In this document: piece after piece, positions 15,843-24,321 of the stretch
Numbering within the stretch: the stretch's first letter is position 1
Layout: the number at the start of each line of letters is the position of its first letter
IMG/VR virus record: IMGVR_UViG_3300020044_007468
Coordinates: 1 to 44,704 of that record
Length of the DNA stretch: 44,704 nt
Reading direction: 5' to 3' (one strand)
From: a virus
Taxonomy: Duplodnaviria > Caudoviricetes
Position numbers and translations under genes: made by a program
The notes under the pieces: model-generated
Seen by the model: the letters and a program-made list of their open reading frames with translations, nothing else
What the model was told of the DNA's origin: nothing
Databases searched by the model: none

Positions 15843-17405
15843 ATGATACTAAAACAAGTAGAATTTGACGTTACAGCACGTAACAAGTTAATCAAAGGGA
15901 TTGAAACTATCAGCAAAGCAGTTGGTAGTACGTTAGGAGCAAGAGGTAAAACGGTGTTAATTGAAAGTGGTGCTGATGTGCCAGGCATTACGGTGACTAA
16001 AGACGGTGTCACAGTTGCGAATAGCATATTATTAGAAGATGCAACCGAGAATTTGGCTGTAATTATGATGAAAGAAGCTGCGAATAAGACCGCAAAACTT
16101 GCAGGTGATGGCACAAGTTCAAGTATTGTACTTGCACAAGCCATAATCAACGAAGCCATGAACAAAATGGATGGTTCTATGAACAGTACAGAGGTGTATC
16201 GTGGGCTAAAAAGCTGTTCTGAATACATTATTAGCCTATTAAACAAAAAATCTAAGGCTGTTAATGGTAAAATGTTGCGATATGTGAGTACGGTATCATG
16301 CAATGGCGATGCTATACTAGGTAAAATGATAAGTGACGTATATAAATCGGTTGGCAAACTAGGCACAGTAATCATTGAAGACAGTTTGAATGACGAAACA
16401 TACAGCGAGGTAACCAATGGTATGCGAATTGAAAGAGGTTGGGCATCTAAATACTTTATAAATGATATTGGTAGACAAGAGTGCATATTAGAAAACCCTT
16501 ATATCTTAGTTACAGACAAAGAAATTGATTCAATTATGAATATTGAGCATATTCTACGTCCTATTATCGAACAAAAAAGAAGTTTGTTGATTATTGGCGA
16601 ACTAGGAGAACGTGCAATGGCAGGATTAAACGCCAATGTAGCAGTAATGAAGGTTTGCCAAATTATACCGCCTGATTTTGGATATAAACGTGGTGAATTA
16701 CTACAAGATATTGCTAGTGCTACGGGTGCTAAATATTATAGTAGTGGTACTGGGGATAATTTTGAGTTGTTGACTATTGCAGATTTAGGTGAGGCTGAAA
16801 AAGTTATTGTTGGTATTGACAATACGGTGCTAATTACTAAAAAAGGCATTGATATATCAGATAGGATTGCGATGCTTAAACAACATATTGTTGAAAGTAG
16901 AAGTGCTAAGGAAACAGCGTTCTTAAAACAGCGTGTATCTAATCTAAATGGCAGTATTGGTGTGATTTATGTAGGCGGTAATTCTGAATTAGAACAAAAA
17001 GAAAAGAAGGATAGGATTGACGATTCCGTTTGTGCTACATCATGCGCTTTGGAAGAAGGAATATTAGCAGGTGGTGGGATTGCATTACTTGACATATCTA
17101 GGACTTTAGGATGGGGCAAAACGGAGAATGAGCGTATTGCTTGTCATATCTTAAAAGATGCTATACAATATCCGTTTAAACAGATATTAATGAATGGCGG
17201 TGTAAATCCGACAGATGTCATACCTAAATTAACTGAAGTAGATATGGGTTATGATATTTCCAATATGGTAGTAGGTAATATGTTTGACATGGGTATCATA
17301 GACCCTGCAAAAGTTACTACAAAGGCACTAGAAAATGCTGTGAGTGTTGCTATAAATATACTCTCAACTAATTGTATCATCACTAATGTAAGAAACAATG
17401 GATAA
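15843..17405 (+). CDS. groEL: chaperonin GroEL (phage-encoded)
   Basis: TLGARG, TKDGVTVA, AGDGTSS, KKDRIDD...EEGILAGGG, GIIDPAKV; no GGM tail. Confidence 0.97.
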   Translation: MILKQVEFDVTARNKLIKGIETISKAVGSTLGARGKTVLIESGADVPGITVTKDGVTVANSILLEDATENLAVIMMKEAANKTAKLAGDGTSSSIVLAQAIINEAMNKMDGSMNSTEVYRGLKSCSEYIISLLNKKSKAVNGKMLRYVSTVSCNGDAILGKMISDVYKSVGKLGTVIIEDSLNDETYSEVTNGMRIERGWASKYFINDIGRQECILENPYILVTDKEIDSIMNIEHILRPIIEQKRSLLIIGELGERAMAGLNANVAVMKVCQIIPPDFGYKRGELLQDIASATGAKYYSSGTGDNFELLTIADLGEAEKVIVGIDNTVLITKKGIDISDRIAMLKQHIVESRSAKETAFLKQRVSNLNGSIGVIYVGGNSELEQKEKKDRIDDSVCATSCALEEGILAGGGIALLDISRTLGWGKTENERIACHILKDAIQYPFKQILMNGGVNPTDVIPKLTEVDMGYDISNMVVGNMFDMGIIDPAKVTTKALENAVSVAINILSTNCIITNVRNNG

Positions 17406-17862
17406 TTTAGATTACGAATACGAATGTATTAATGAAGTAGACTTGGAAATAGTTAATCCAATAGACTTTAAAATTGGGTATTCTTCGTTTCAAGGTGGTA
17501 GAATATACAACAAAGAGGTTGTAGAAAAACTTTTACCAGCAACTATTAAAATGTACTTTAAAAAAGTAAAAATTAAAAGCCCAATGGATAAGATAAAAGT
17601 TTTAAACCAAAACATTCTACTAAAAAAGATAGTAGAAGAACGCAAATTAACAAGTAGTGGACTAATTCTTACTGCTGATGATGAAATTGATAATCGGTAT
17701 CATAAAGGTAAGATTATTAAGGCAGGATTAATGCTACAATCAGAATTAAAAGAAGGTAGTATTATCTATTACGATAAGATGTCGGGATTTGATATTCGCT
17801 TGAATGGTGAATTGTACACGATTATCAAAGAGGCTAATGCGCAAATTATAATTGAAGAATAG
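17398..17862 (+). CDS. groES: co-chaperonin GroES (core starts at 17584; optional 62-aa N-terminal extension)
   Basis: IKVLNQNILLK...TSSGLILT...GKIIKAG...LKEGSIIYYDKMSGFDIRLNGELYTII. Confidence 0.85.
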   Translation: MDNLDYEYECINEVDLEIVNPIDFKIGYSSFQGGRIYNKEVVEKLLPATIKMYFKKVKIKSPMDKIKVLNQNILLKKIVEERKLTSSGLILTADDEIDNRYHKGKIIKAGLMLQSELKEGSIIYYDKMSGFDIRLNGELYTIIKEANAQIIIEE

Positions 17863-17863
17863 T

Positions 17864-18061
17864 ATGTCACACACAGAAAAGGAAATAGCAAATAGTCTAC
17901 GAGTTTCGTATGAAAATGTAAAAGGTAAAATAGAGGCTACAAATAAAAAGGTAAGCAAGATTAAATTTATCTTATTAGGATGCGATGGTAAATTGTATTG
18001 TACAACTTATCATACAAAAACGGGAGAAACTATTGTTGATGAGTTAAAATTGAAACTTTAG
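17864..18061 (+). CDS. hypothetical protein (start MSHTEK)
   Basis: ATG just after the GroES stop. Confidence 0.55.
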   Translation: MSHTEKEIANSLRVSYENVKGKIEATNKKVSKIKFILLGCDGKLYCTTYHTKTGETIVDELKLKL

Positions 18062-18114
18062 AAACATAATATTTAAGAGCAGGTATTTTTTATGAATTTA
18101 TTTCATAACTAGCC

Positions 18115-18156
18115 CACAGAACCCTCCATTTAATTATGCGAGGGTTATGTGTTTTT
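18115..18156. terminator. hairpin between convergent genes
   Basis: CACA-AACCCTC...GAGGGTT-TGTG followed by a T-run. Confidence 0.6.
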
Positions 18157-18529
18157 AGTCTTCAGCATCATTACCTAAATCGTCAATACAATTATTAAGT
18201 AATGCTGTATATAACTGCCTTATTTTACGCTTCATCTCACTTGACAAGGTATAAACCCTAGTTTTAGTAGGCAAATCTTTATCTTCTCTGAATACTCGAC
18301 TAAGTATTACTATCTTACCTTCTTTGAGCATTTTAGTATGCAATTTTGCAGGAATACTATAATCTTTACGTAAATCCTTTAACGATTTCGATGTATGGAT
18401 ATTTTCACCATAAAGGAATAGCAATAATCCTAGTGTTCTATCCGAAAGATTATTTTGCTTTTTAAACTTAGTGAATATTGGGTAAAAATGCATAAGCATA
18501 CGCCCATGTTCGTTGTAATTGAATTTCAT
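18155..18529 (-). CDS. counter-oriented putative winged-helix regulator
   Basis: LSDRTLGLLLFLY...MLKEGKI...RVYTLSSEMKR is MarR/wHTH-like; own promoter at 18558-18565. Confidence 0.55.
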   Translation of the reverse strand: MKFNYNEHGRMLMHFYPIFTKFKKQNNLSDRTLGLLLFLYGENIHTSKSLKDLRKDYSIPAKLHTKMLKEGKIVILSRVFREDKDLPTKTRVYTLSSEMKRKIRQLYTALLNNCIDDLGNDAED

Positions 18530-18557
18530 ATAAAATTTTATTTTATTTAATTAATTA

Positions 18558-18576
18558 CAAATTTATAGTATTTTTG
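18558..18576. promoter_or_regulatory. back-to-back divergent -7 boxes
   Basis: CAAATTTA (minus-strand TAAATTTG), 3 bp, TATTTTTG (plus). Confidence 0.6.
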
Positions 18577-18580
18577 CATT

Positions 18581-18748
18581 ATGTCATTTGGTAAAGTAGC
18601 AAAATATCGTATGGATAATCCTAAAGATAGGAAACGCCATCAAGACTATCAAGCTGAATATCAAAAAGTGCAAGACCAAGTAAATAAAAGAAGGGAATTA
18701 TCTGCTAATGCAGATGCAGTAAAGATAAAAAATAAACAAAATAAATAA
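18581..18748 (+). CDS. 55-aa basic protein (missed by track)
   Basis: MSFGKVAKYRMDNPKDRKRHQDYQAEYQKVQDQVNKRRELSANADAVKIKNKQNK. Confidence 0.6.
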   Translation: MSFGKVAKYRMDNPKDRKRHQDYQAEYQKVQDQVNKRRELSANADAVKIKNKQNK

Positions 18749-18749
18749 C

Positions 18750-19304
18750 ATGAGCTATCAACAACTACAAGGCAACAGAGCGTATGTACTACCATCTTCT
18801 GCGACATTTAGTATTACTAACTATAATCCTGTATCTGGTATCAATGTACCGTCAATGACAGTTGGTAATATTGGATATGTTCCTTATATGGCAATTACGC
18901 AAACAGCAGGTGCGCTAACTTCTATAACATTTTCATCTGATATTATTGGGTGGTCTGTAGCTCCTGCCGTGTCAATAACTACAGATAGCGGCGGGGGAAC
19001 AGGCGCAACTGCAACAGCCTCATTAGATGCATCAACACAAGCATTGAAAATTACAATAGGAAGTGGCGGTTCAGGCTATACAAATGCATCATTACTTACT
19101 TTGACATTAACAGGTGGTACATTGTTACCATCAGTAAGATGTCAACCATTTAGGGTATATGCAGGGTCTACCGAAACTGCAACTACAATGATAACAGCAG
19201 GTGGTGATACATTATCAACTGTCGTCATGGCAGCAGGAACATTCCCAGTTATACTACAATCAATTACAACAGGTGCTTCATCTAAAACAGTAGCATTCTG
19301 GTAA
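18750..19304 (+). CDS. putative virion decoration/structural protein
   Basis: G/T/S/A-rich beta-type sequence with a GGSGYT domain. Confidence 0.6.
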   Translation: MSYQQLQGNRAYVLPSSATFSITNYNPVSGINVPSMTVGNIGYVPYMAITQTAGALTSITFSSDIIGWSVAPAVSITTDSGGGTGATATASLDASTQALKITIGSGGSGYTNASLLTLTLTGGTLLPSVRCQPFRVYAGSTETATTMITAGGDTLSTVVMAAGTFPVILQSITTGASSKTVAFW

Positions 19305-19307
19305 TCA

Positions 19308-19517
19308 ATGGAGAGTATCATTAATTTACAAGTAGTTGGCAATATGGTATTACCAAAAAATACCAATATTAAAACTATTAATGGGATTTCGATGATTGCT
19401 ACGAAATATGATACGAATATAAATGTTGGCAATGGTACACTAAGTAATGTATTAATAGATGGTGGTGGATTTACTGTACCCTCAAATTCAGTATTAATTG
19501 ACGCAGGTTCATTTTAG
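19308..19517 (+). CDS. small fibre-associated protein
   Basis: Repeated VLIDGG/VLIDAG; upstream of the Mtd_N-like gene. Confidence 0.5.
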   Translation: MESIINLQVVGNMVLPKNTNIKTINGISMIATKYDTNINVGNGTLSNVLIDGGGFTVPSNSVLIDAGSF

Positions 19518-19523
19518 TAAGAC

Positions 19524-19844
19524 ATGGCAATACAAGTAAGAAGAGGCATAGAAGCGGATAGGACAACAATAACACCTGCAAGTGGTGAACCAATATGGGT
19601 AACAGATAGTAAAAGGTTACTTATAGGGGATGGTTCAACAGCAGGTGCAATAGCTGTTAGCACTAATCTTTTTACAGCATCAGGTGTACCTTCGACATTA
19701 TACCTAAATGGGGATTACTATATAAATACGGCAACAGGATTTTTGTATCAACAACAAGCAGGTGCATGGGTTTATATAATGACATTAGGCGGAAGTGGTG
19801 GGACAAGTAATTCAGATTATAATAATATATTTCTTTTAATGTAA
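19524..19844 (+). CDS. short tail-fibre protein with Mtd N-terminal-like domain
   Basis: IQVRRG...PASGEPIWVTDSKRLLIGDG; NGDYYINTATGFLYQ repeat unit. Confidence 0.65.
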   Translation: MAIQVRRGIEADRTTITPASGEPIWVTDSKRLLIGDGSTAGAIAVSTNLFTASGVPSTLYLNGDYYINTATGFLYQQQAGAWVYIMTLGGSGGTSNSDYNNIFLLM

Positions 19845-19848
19845 CAAT

Positions 19849-20172
19849 ATGGCAGTAGCACTTAAAAATAAAACAGTAGCCCCATCGGCAGCGACACTAA
19901 CAACTTTATATACTTGTCCTGCATCTACAACAGCAGTAGTAGGGATATTAACAGTATGTAATCGGTCAGCAACTGCTACTACTTACAGAATTGCAACTAG
20001 ACCATTAGGGGCTGCAATAAATGATAGTTATTACCATTGCTACGATATAACTATTGATGGCAATTCAACAGATACATATAGTGGTTTATGTTTTATAGCA
20101 ACGGATATTCTTAGTGTTTATGCCACACTTGCAACGGTATCTTTTAATGTTTCACTTCAAGAAAATTCTTAA
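19849..20172 (+). CDS. putative virion structural protein
   Basis: PSAATLTTLYTCPAS...VCNRSATATTYRIA, a common phage structural motif. Confidence 0.6.
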   Translation: MAVALKNKTVAPSAATLTTLYTCPASTTAVVGILTVCNRSATATTYRIATRPLGAAINDSYYHCYDITIDGNSTDTYSGLCFIATDILSVYATLATVSFNVSLQENS

Positions 20173-20174
20173 TC

Positions 20175-20900
20175 ATGGGCGTAAATAAAACAAATGTCGC
20201 AAAGGAAACGAATGGCAATTTAGCAGCGTTAGTTGCTAAAGATTATGCTACACAAACAACTTTAGCTACAAGGCTTAGCGAGTCGGATTTTGATACTAAA
20301 ACAGGTTCGTTAACGGAAACCGCACCTGCAACAGATACTGCATCAAGTGGGTTAAACGGAAGGCTTCAAAGAATTGCACAACGGTTAACATCATTAATAA
20401 CAGCAATAGGAACTCCATTTCAAGCAGGAGGTAGTATTGGGAATACGGAATTTATAGCCAATGCAGGAACGAATCTAAATACTTCATTATTAGCCTTAGC
20501 CTCAAAACAACCAGCAATAGGTCCATCTGGAACGCCAAGCGCAGATGTAATTACAATACAAGGTATATCTGGGATGCAATCAGTAAAGGTTGACGGGAGC
20601 GCAGTAACACAGCCTATAAGCGTTGCTGCTCCAACCACTATTTATCACGGTAAAAAGACGGTAACAACAGCAGGAACACGTGTCGCATTGGCATCTAGCC
20701 AAGCAGTAAGAAGCGTATGCATCAAAGCCTTACAAACTAATGGTGGTTATATATATGTAGGAGATACTTCTACATCATCAACAACAGGATTTCAGCTATT
20801 AGCAGGGGATACTATTTCGCTAGATATTGCCAATCTAAACACCGTATACATCGATAGTTCTGTGAGTGGAGAAGGTGTAACATATATTTCATCAAATTAA
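20175..20900 (+). CDS. putative fibre/structural protein
   Basis: VKVDGSAVTQPIS motif; C-terminal beta-sandwich (NGGYIYVG...GFQLLAGD). Confidence 0.6.
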   Translation: MGVNKTNVAKETNGNLAALVAKDYATQTTLATRLSESDFDTKTGSLTETAPATDTASSGLNGRLQRIAQRLTSLITAIGTPFQAGGSIGNTEFIANAGTNLNTSLLALASKQPAIGPSGTPSADVITIQGISGMQSVKVDGSAVTQPISVAAPTTIYHGKKTVTTAGTRVALASSQAVRSVCIKALQTNGGYIYVGDTSTSSTTGFQLLAGDTISLDIANLNTVYIDSSVSGEGVTYISSN

Positions 20901-20911
20901 AATTTAATACT

Positions 20912-21511
20912 ATGAATCAAGCTACAACACAAGCTCCATCACGAAGCCAATTTGACCTGTTACTTTCTACGACTAGTAGTGTAAAAGCTATGAATTGGCA
21001 ATTCCAGATAAATAATAATGCTGCATCATCCGATATGACATCTGGACAGATTTATTGGATTGCAATGTACCTAACCGCACCTGCCACGATAACAGGGGCG
21101 TATGTTCCATTTAATAGAGCAGGGAATTATACAGCAAACAATAATAATAGAATTGGGTTATATTCAACAAATGGCACTACGCTAACACAAGTAGCATCAA
21201 TAGCAGATACACCTACTATGTGGACTACGACTTCTAACTCAATGCTTACACAGGCATTCACTTCAACGTACAATGCATCTGCTGGACTTTATTATATGGC
21301 TTATCTATGGTGTTCTTCTGTTACAATTACACCACCTAGAGTAGTAACTCAAACAATGAATGGGTCGTTTATAGACTTGGCATTAATTGGAAACAATATT
21401 AGAATGGGTACAATGTCGGGGCAAACAAATATCCCATCTATACAAGATATTTCTGGAATTTCGCATAGTGGAGGTTCGGGACAGGTAGTGCCGTGGGCAG
21501 GGATTTATTAA
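20912..21511 (+). CDS. putative receptor-binding/structural beta-sandwich protein
   Basis: RIGLYSTNGT...AGLYYMAY pattern. Confidence 0.5.
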   Translation: MNQATTQAPSRSQFDLLLSTTSSVKAMNWQFQINNNAASSDMTSGQIYWIAMYLTAPATITGAYVPFNRAGNYTANNNNRIGLYSTNGTTLTQVASIADTPTMWTTTSNSMLTQAFTSTYNASAGLYYMAYLWCSSVTITPPRVVTQTMNGSFIDLALIGNNIRMGTMSGQTNIPSIQDISGISHSGGSGQVVPWAGIY

Positions 21512-21529
21512 CCTTAAAAAAATATAAAC

Positions 21530-21784
21530 ATGAAAAATTTTGAACTAGGGAAAACCTACACGATTGAATTAATACCAGCTAAACCAGCAGTAACATCTAC
21601 AATATCAACAATCGCAAGAACTGTTGAAGATGATGGGGTACAAGTAATTGCTAAGGTTCATCTTGATGAATTACCAGAACCTGTAATAGTCACTTTATGG
21701 GATTCAAGTGTATATGCATCTATTGGGGTGTGGACAGACGAAATGGCAAATGCAAGAATTTTGGAGTTATTAAATGCAAAATAG
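21530..21784 (+). CDS. hypothetical protein (possible fibre assembly chaperone)
   Basis: Follows the fibre genes; LWD...GVWTD. Confidence 0.5.
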   Translation: MKNFELGKTYTIELIPAKPAVTSTISTIARTVEDDGVQVIAKVHLDELPEPVIVTLWDSSVYASIGVWTDEMANARILELLNAK

Positions 21785-21855
21785 AATAAAATCTATAATT
21801 TATTAGCATTATTACACAAAAACACTTAGATTTGTGGTCTAAATTAAATCAAATC

Positions 21856-22263
21856 ATGTCTTCATTTGAAATTTCTGGTGTTTTAAAGGTAAAAAACAAT
21901 ACACAGCAAGTAAGCGATAAATTATCAAAACGAGAATTTGTAGTTACTACTGATAATGATTCCAAGTACCCACAACAAATTAGTTTTCAACTTACACAAG
22001 ATAAGTGTTCGTTGATTGATAGCATCCAACTTGGTGACGAAGTAAAAGTACATTTCAATTTAAGAGGTCGTGAATGGAATAGCCCTGCTAAAGGAGTTAT
22101 GTATTTTAATTCATTAGAAGCATGGAAGATTGAAAAATTAAGTTCAAGTCAACCAAGTACGCCTAGTACTGCATCTGAATATGTTTCTGCTAATCTAAAT
22201 AAGATAGTACCTGCGCAACCTTCGACAGCATTGATAGACGAACCGCAAACATTGCCATTTTAG
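21856..22263 (+). CDS. DUF3127 family protein (OB-fold, SSB-like)
   Basis: KREFVVTT...YPQQISFQL...GDEVKVHFNLRGREW...YFNSLEAWKI, LPF tail; promoter TAGATTTG at 21827-21834. Confidence 0.85.
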   Translation: MSSFEISGVLKVKNNTQQVSDKLSKREFVVTTDNDSKYPQQISFQLTQDKCSLIDSIQLGDEVKVHFNLRGREWNSPAKGVMYFNSLEAWKIEKLSSSQPSTPSTASEYVSANLNKIVPAQPSTALIDEPQTLPF

Positions 22264-22305
22264 CATTTATAATAATTATTAAATTAAAATAATTACATTT
22301 GCATC

Positions 22306-22734
22306 ATGTCAGCAATATCATCATACAGCAACAATTCGCCCGTATTATCTACGGACAAAGTAGTAGGAACTAACGCAGCAGGTTCGACAAAGAATTTTTT
22401 GTTTAGCGATATATCTACTTTTATACTAGGCAATGCACCTTTAACCGTTACAAATACCACAAGTTCTGCATATACCTTAGCATTAACAGATGCAAATACT
22501 ACTATTGTTTATGGTGGAGGTACGACTTCTACATTTACCGTTCCATTAAACGCTACTGTTGCGTTCCCAATAGGAACTGTAATCCAAATAATGAACGCAT
22601 CAACAGGTGGTGGATATACAATAACAATAGCTATAATCGGTGGTGTAACAATAAAACCAACAGGTGCTACGATTGCTCAAAACGCAATTAAAACTTTGAA
22701 GAAAGTAGCTACTGATACATGGTTCATTTACTAA
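22306..22734 (+). CDS. putative short fibre/structural protein
   Basis: DKVVGT...TKNF N-terminus; YTLALTDA...VAFPIGTVIQI domain. Confidence 0.6.
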   Translation: MSAISSYSNNSPVLSTDKVVGTNAAGSTKNFLFSDISTFILGNAPLTVTNTTSSAYTLALTDANTTIVYGGGTTSTFTVPLNATVAFPIGTVIQIMNASTGGGYTITIAIIGGVTIKPTGATIAQNAIKTLKKVATDTWFIY

Positions 22735-22756
22735 TAATACAATTAAATTAAATACA

Positions 22757-23026
22757 ATGGAAAGGTTAAATGAATTGGTTTCGCTTTGTAATGCAAGTAT
22801 TAATATTTCAATTAATTTACACAAAGACTTTTATCAAACGGTAGAAAAGTACATAGATGCAGAGGATAAAGAAGATATTGATAATGATGTTTTTGATGAG
22901 ATGGTAAAAAGAGATACTATTGTAAAAATTCACTTTTATCCAGATACTCCAATTGGGTGCTTTATCGTATATCATTATGACATTAATAAAGCGATAGAAA
23001 TTGCATTGGGGATAATAAAGAAATAA
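22757..23026 (+). CDS. accessory hypothetical protein flanked by direct repeats
   Basis: FYPDTPIG motif; 22-bp near-repeat on both sides. Confidence 0.7.
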   Translation: MERLNELVSLCNASINISINLHKDFYQTVEKYIDAEDKEDIDNDVFDEMVKRDTIVKIHFYPDTPIGCFIVYHYDINKAIEIALGIIKK

Positions 23027-23061
23027 ATAATACAATTAAATCAAATATAAATATAAATCTA

Positions 23062-23316
23062 ATGTCAAAATTTGAAAAGCTAGAAGAAGCTGAATTAACT
23101 GAACTACAAACGGGCAATGCAAGAATCAATGAACTTAAAAGGTTACTTGCAGAAAATGTTATTGTTTCTAATAGATGTCGTAAAGATAGACTAACACTAT
23201 TGGAAGAGTTTGAAAGCCAAGAATACAAGTATAATTCTATTAGCGATGCCATTACTAGGAAATATGGTAATGTAAGTATTGAATTACCAAGTGGAAATAT
23301 AATTTACAATTCGTAA
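23062..23316 (+). CDS. coiled-coil hypothetical protein
   Basis: Heptad pattern; KYGNVSIEL C-terminus. Confidence 0.65.
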   Translation: MSKFEKLEEAELTELQTGNARINELKRLLAENVIVSNRCRKDRLTLLEEFESQEYKYNSISDAITRKYGNVSIELPSGNIIYNS

Positions 23317-23537
23317 TGAGTATTCGCAAAATAGCTGTTGGTGCGGAATATAAAACCGCAATGCATTACGTTGTAGGTCAATCTGTAATTAATGGTGATT
23401 TTACTATTAATCTAATAGAAGATAAAAAAACAGAAGTAAAGATTTGGATTGAAAATAAATCCAATGAAATCTTTTTATGGAAGTCATACAATAAAGTAAT
23501 GCCAATGTCTATTGAGTATAAAATTGACTTTATATAA
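23316..23537 (+). CDS. conserved phage hypothetical protein
   Basis: IRKIAVGAEYKTAMHYVVGQ; TAATG coupling. Confidence 0.7.
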   Translation: MSIRKIAVGAEYKTAMHYVVGQSVINGDFTINLIEDKKTEVKIWIENKSNEIFLWKSYNKVMPMSIEYKIDFI

Positions 23538-24058
23538 TGAAACCTTTATTTACATTTCTAGTTGAACCTATTGATGGTAAAAGGTATACGCCTATTGCCA
23601 ATAACGGATTAGTACTTAGTGCTTCACAAGAAGACCACCAAGTTACTAATAGGCAAGCAATAGTAGTTGATACGCCATATACTTATAAAGGTGAAATTAC
23701 TAAAGGAGATATTTTATTAGTTCACCATAATACATTTAGAAAATACTATGATGTAAAAGGTCGTGAAAGAAATGGTACTTCTTATTTCAAAGATGGGTTA
23801 TACTTTATTTTCAACGAGCAATTTTATCTATACAAACATAATGGCAAATGGACTTCTGTAAATTCATTTTGTTTTGTAGAACCTACTGAAGATGCATTGA
23901 TTGGGAAATTAGTATATGGCAATAAAGAAACAGAAGAACTAGGAATTAAAGAAGGAGATACGGTTGTATTTCAACCTGATTCAGAATATGAATTTAATGT
24001 AGAAGGTAAAAAATTATATCGAATGTACACAAGGAATTTATGTCTGATAATAGCTTAA
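23537..24058 (+). CDS. GroES-like protein (apparently two GroES-fold units)
   Basis: MKPLFTFLVEP...NGLVL...AIVVDTP...KGDILLVHHN and FCFVEP...GKLVYG...KEGDTVVF...VEGKKLYRM. Confidence 0.55.
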   Translation: MKPLFTFLVEPIDGKRYTPIANNGLVLSASQEDHQVTNRQAIVVDTPYTYKGEITKGDILLVHHNTFRKYYDVKGRERNGTSYFKDGLYFIFNEQFYLYKHNGKWTSVNSFCFVEPTEDALIGKLVYGNKETEELGIKEGDTVVFQPDSEYEFNVEGKKLYRMYTRNLCLIIA

Positions 24059-24321
24059 AACAAGAAATAATTGAAGCAGGTAGACTTGCCGTTGCCGAAT
24101 TAATTAAGGTGGCTAAAGAACCTATTATTGGTGGTATTGGAGATGATTTAAGTGCCGATAGGTTAAAGACCGCATCACAAGCAAAACGTATAGCCATTGA
24201 AGATTCATTTGCAATATTATCTAGGATTGAGGAAGAAGAAAATCTACTTAATACGAAAGGTGAAAATTCAGAGGCACTTTCAAAGAAAGGGTTTGCGGAA
24301 AGGTATTCAAAAAAGAAATAA
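24040..24321 (+). CDS. putative terminase small subunit
   Basis: Helical 93-aa ORF abutting TerL. Confidence 0.5.
   Translation: MSDNSLKQEIIEAGRLAVAELIKVAKEPIIGGIGDDLSADRLKTASQAKRIAIEDSFAILSRIEEEENLLNTKGENSEALSKKGFAERYSKKK

Noticed and set aside
15818-16486. 222-aa minus-strand ORF and similar antisense ORFs over structural and early genes
   Set aside because: Shadows of well-supported genes such as GroEL; no motifs or promoters
19524-19844. Diversity-generating retroelement suggested by the Mtd-like domain
   Set aside because: Only the N-terminal anchor is present; no reverse transcriptase or TR/VR pair was seen in the window
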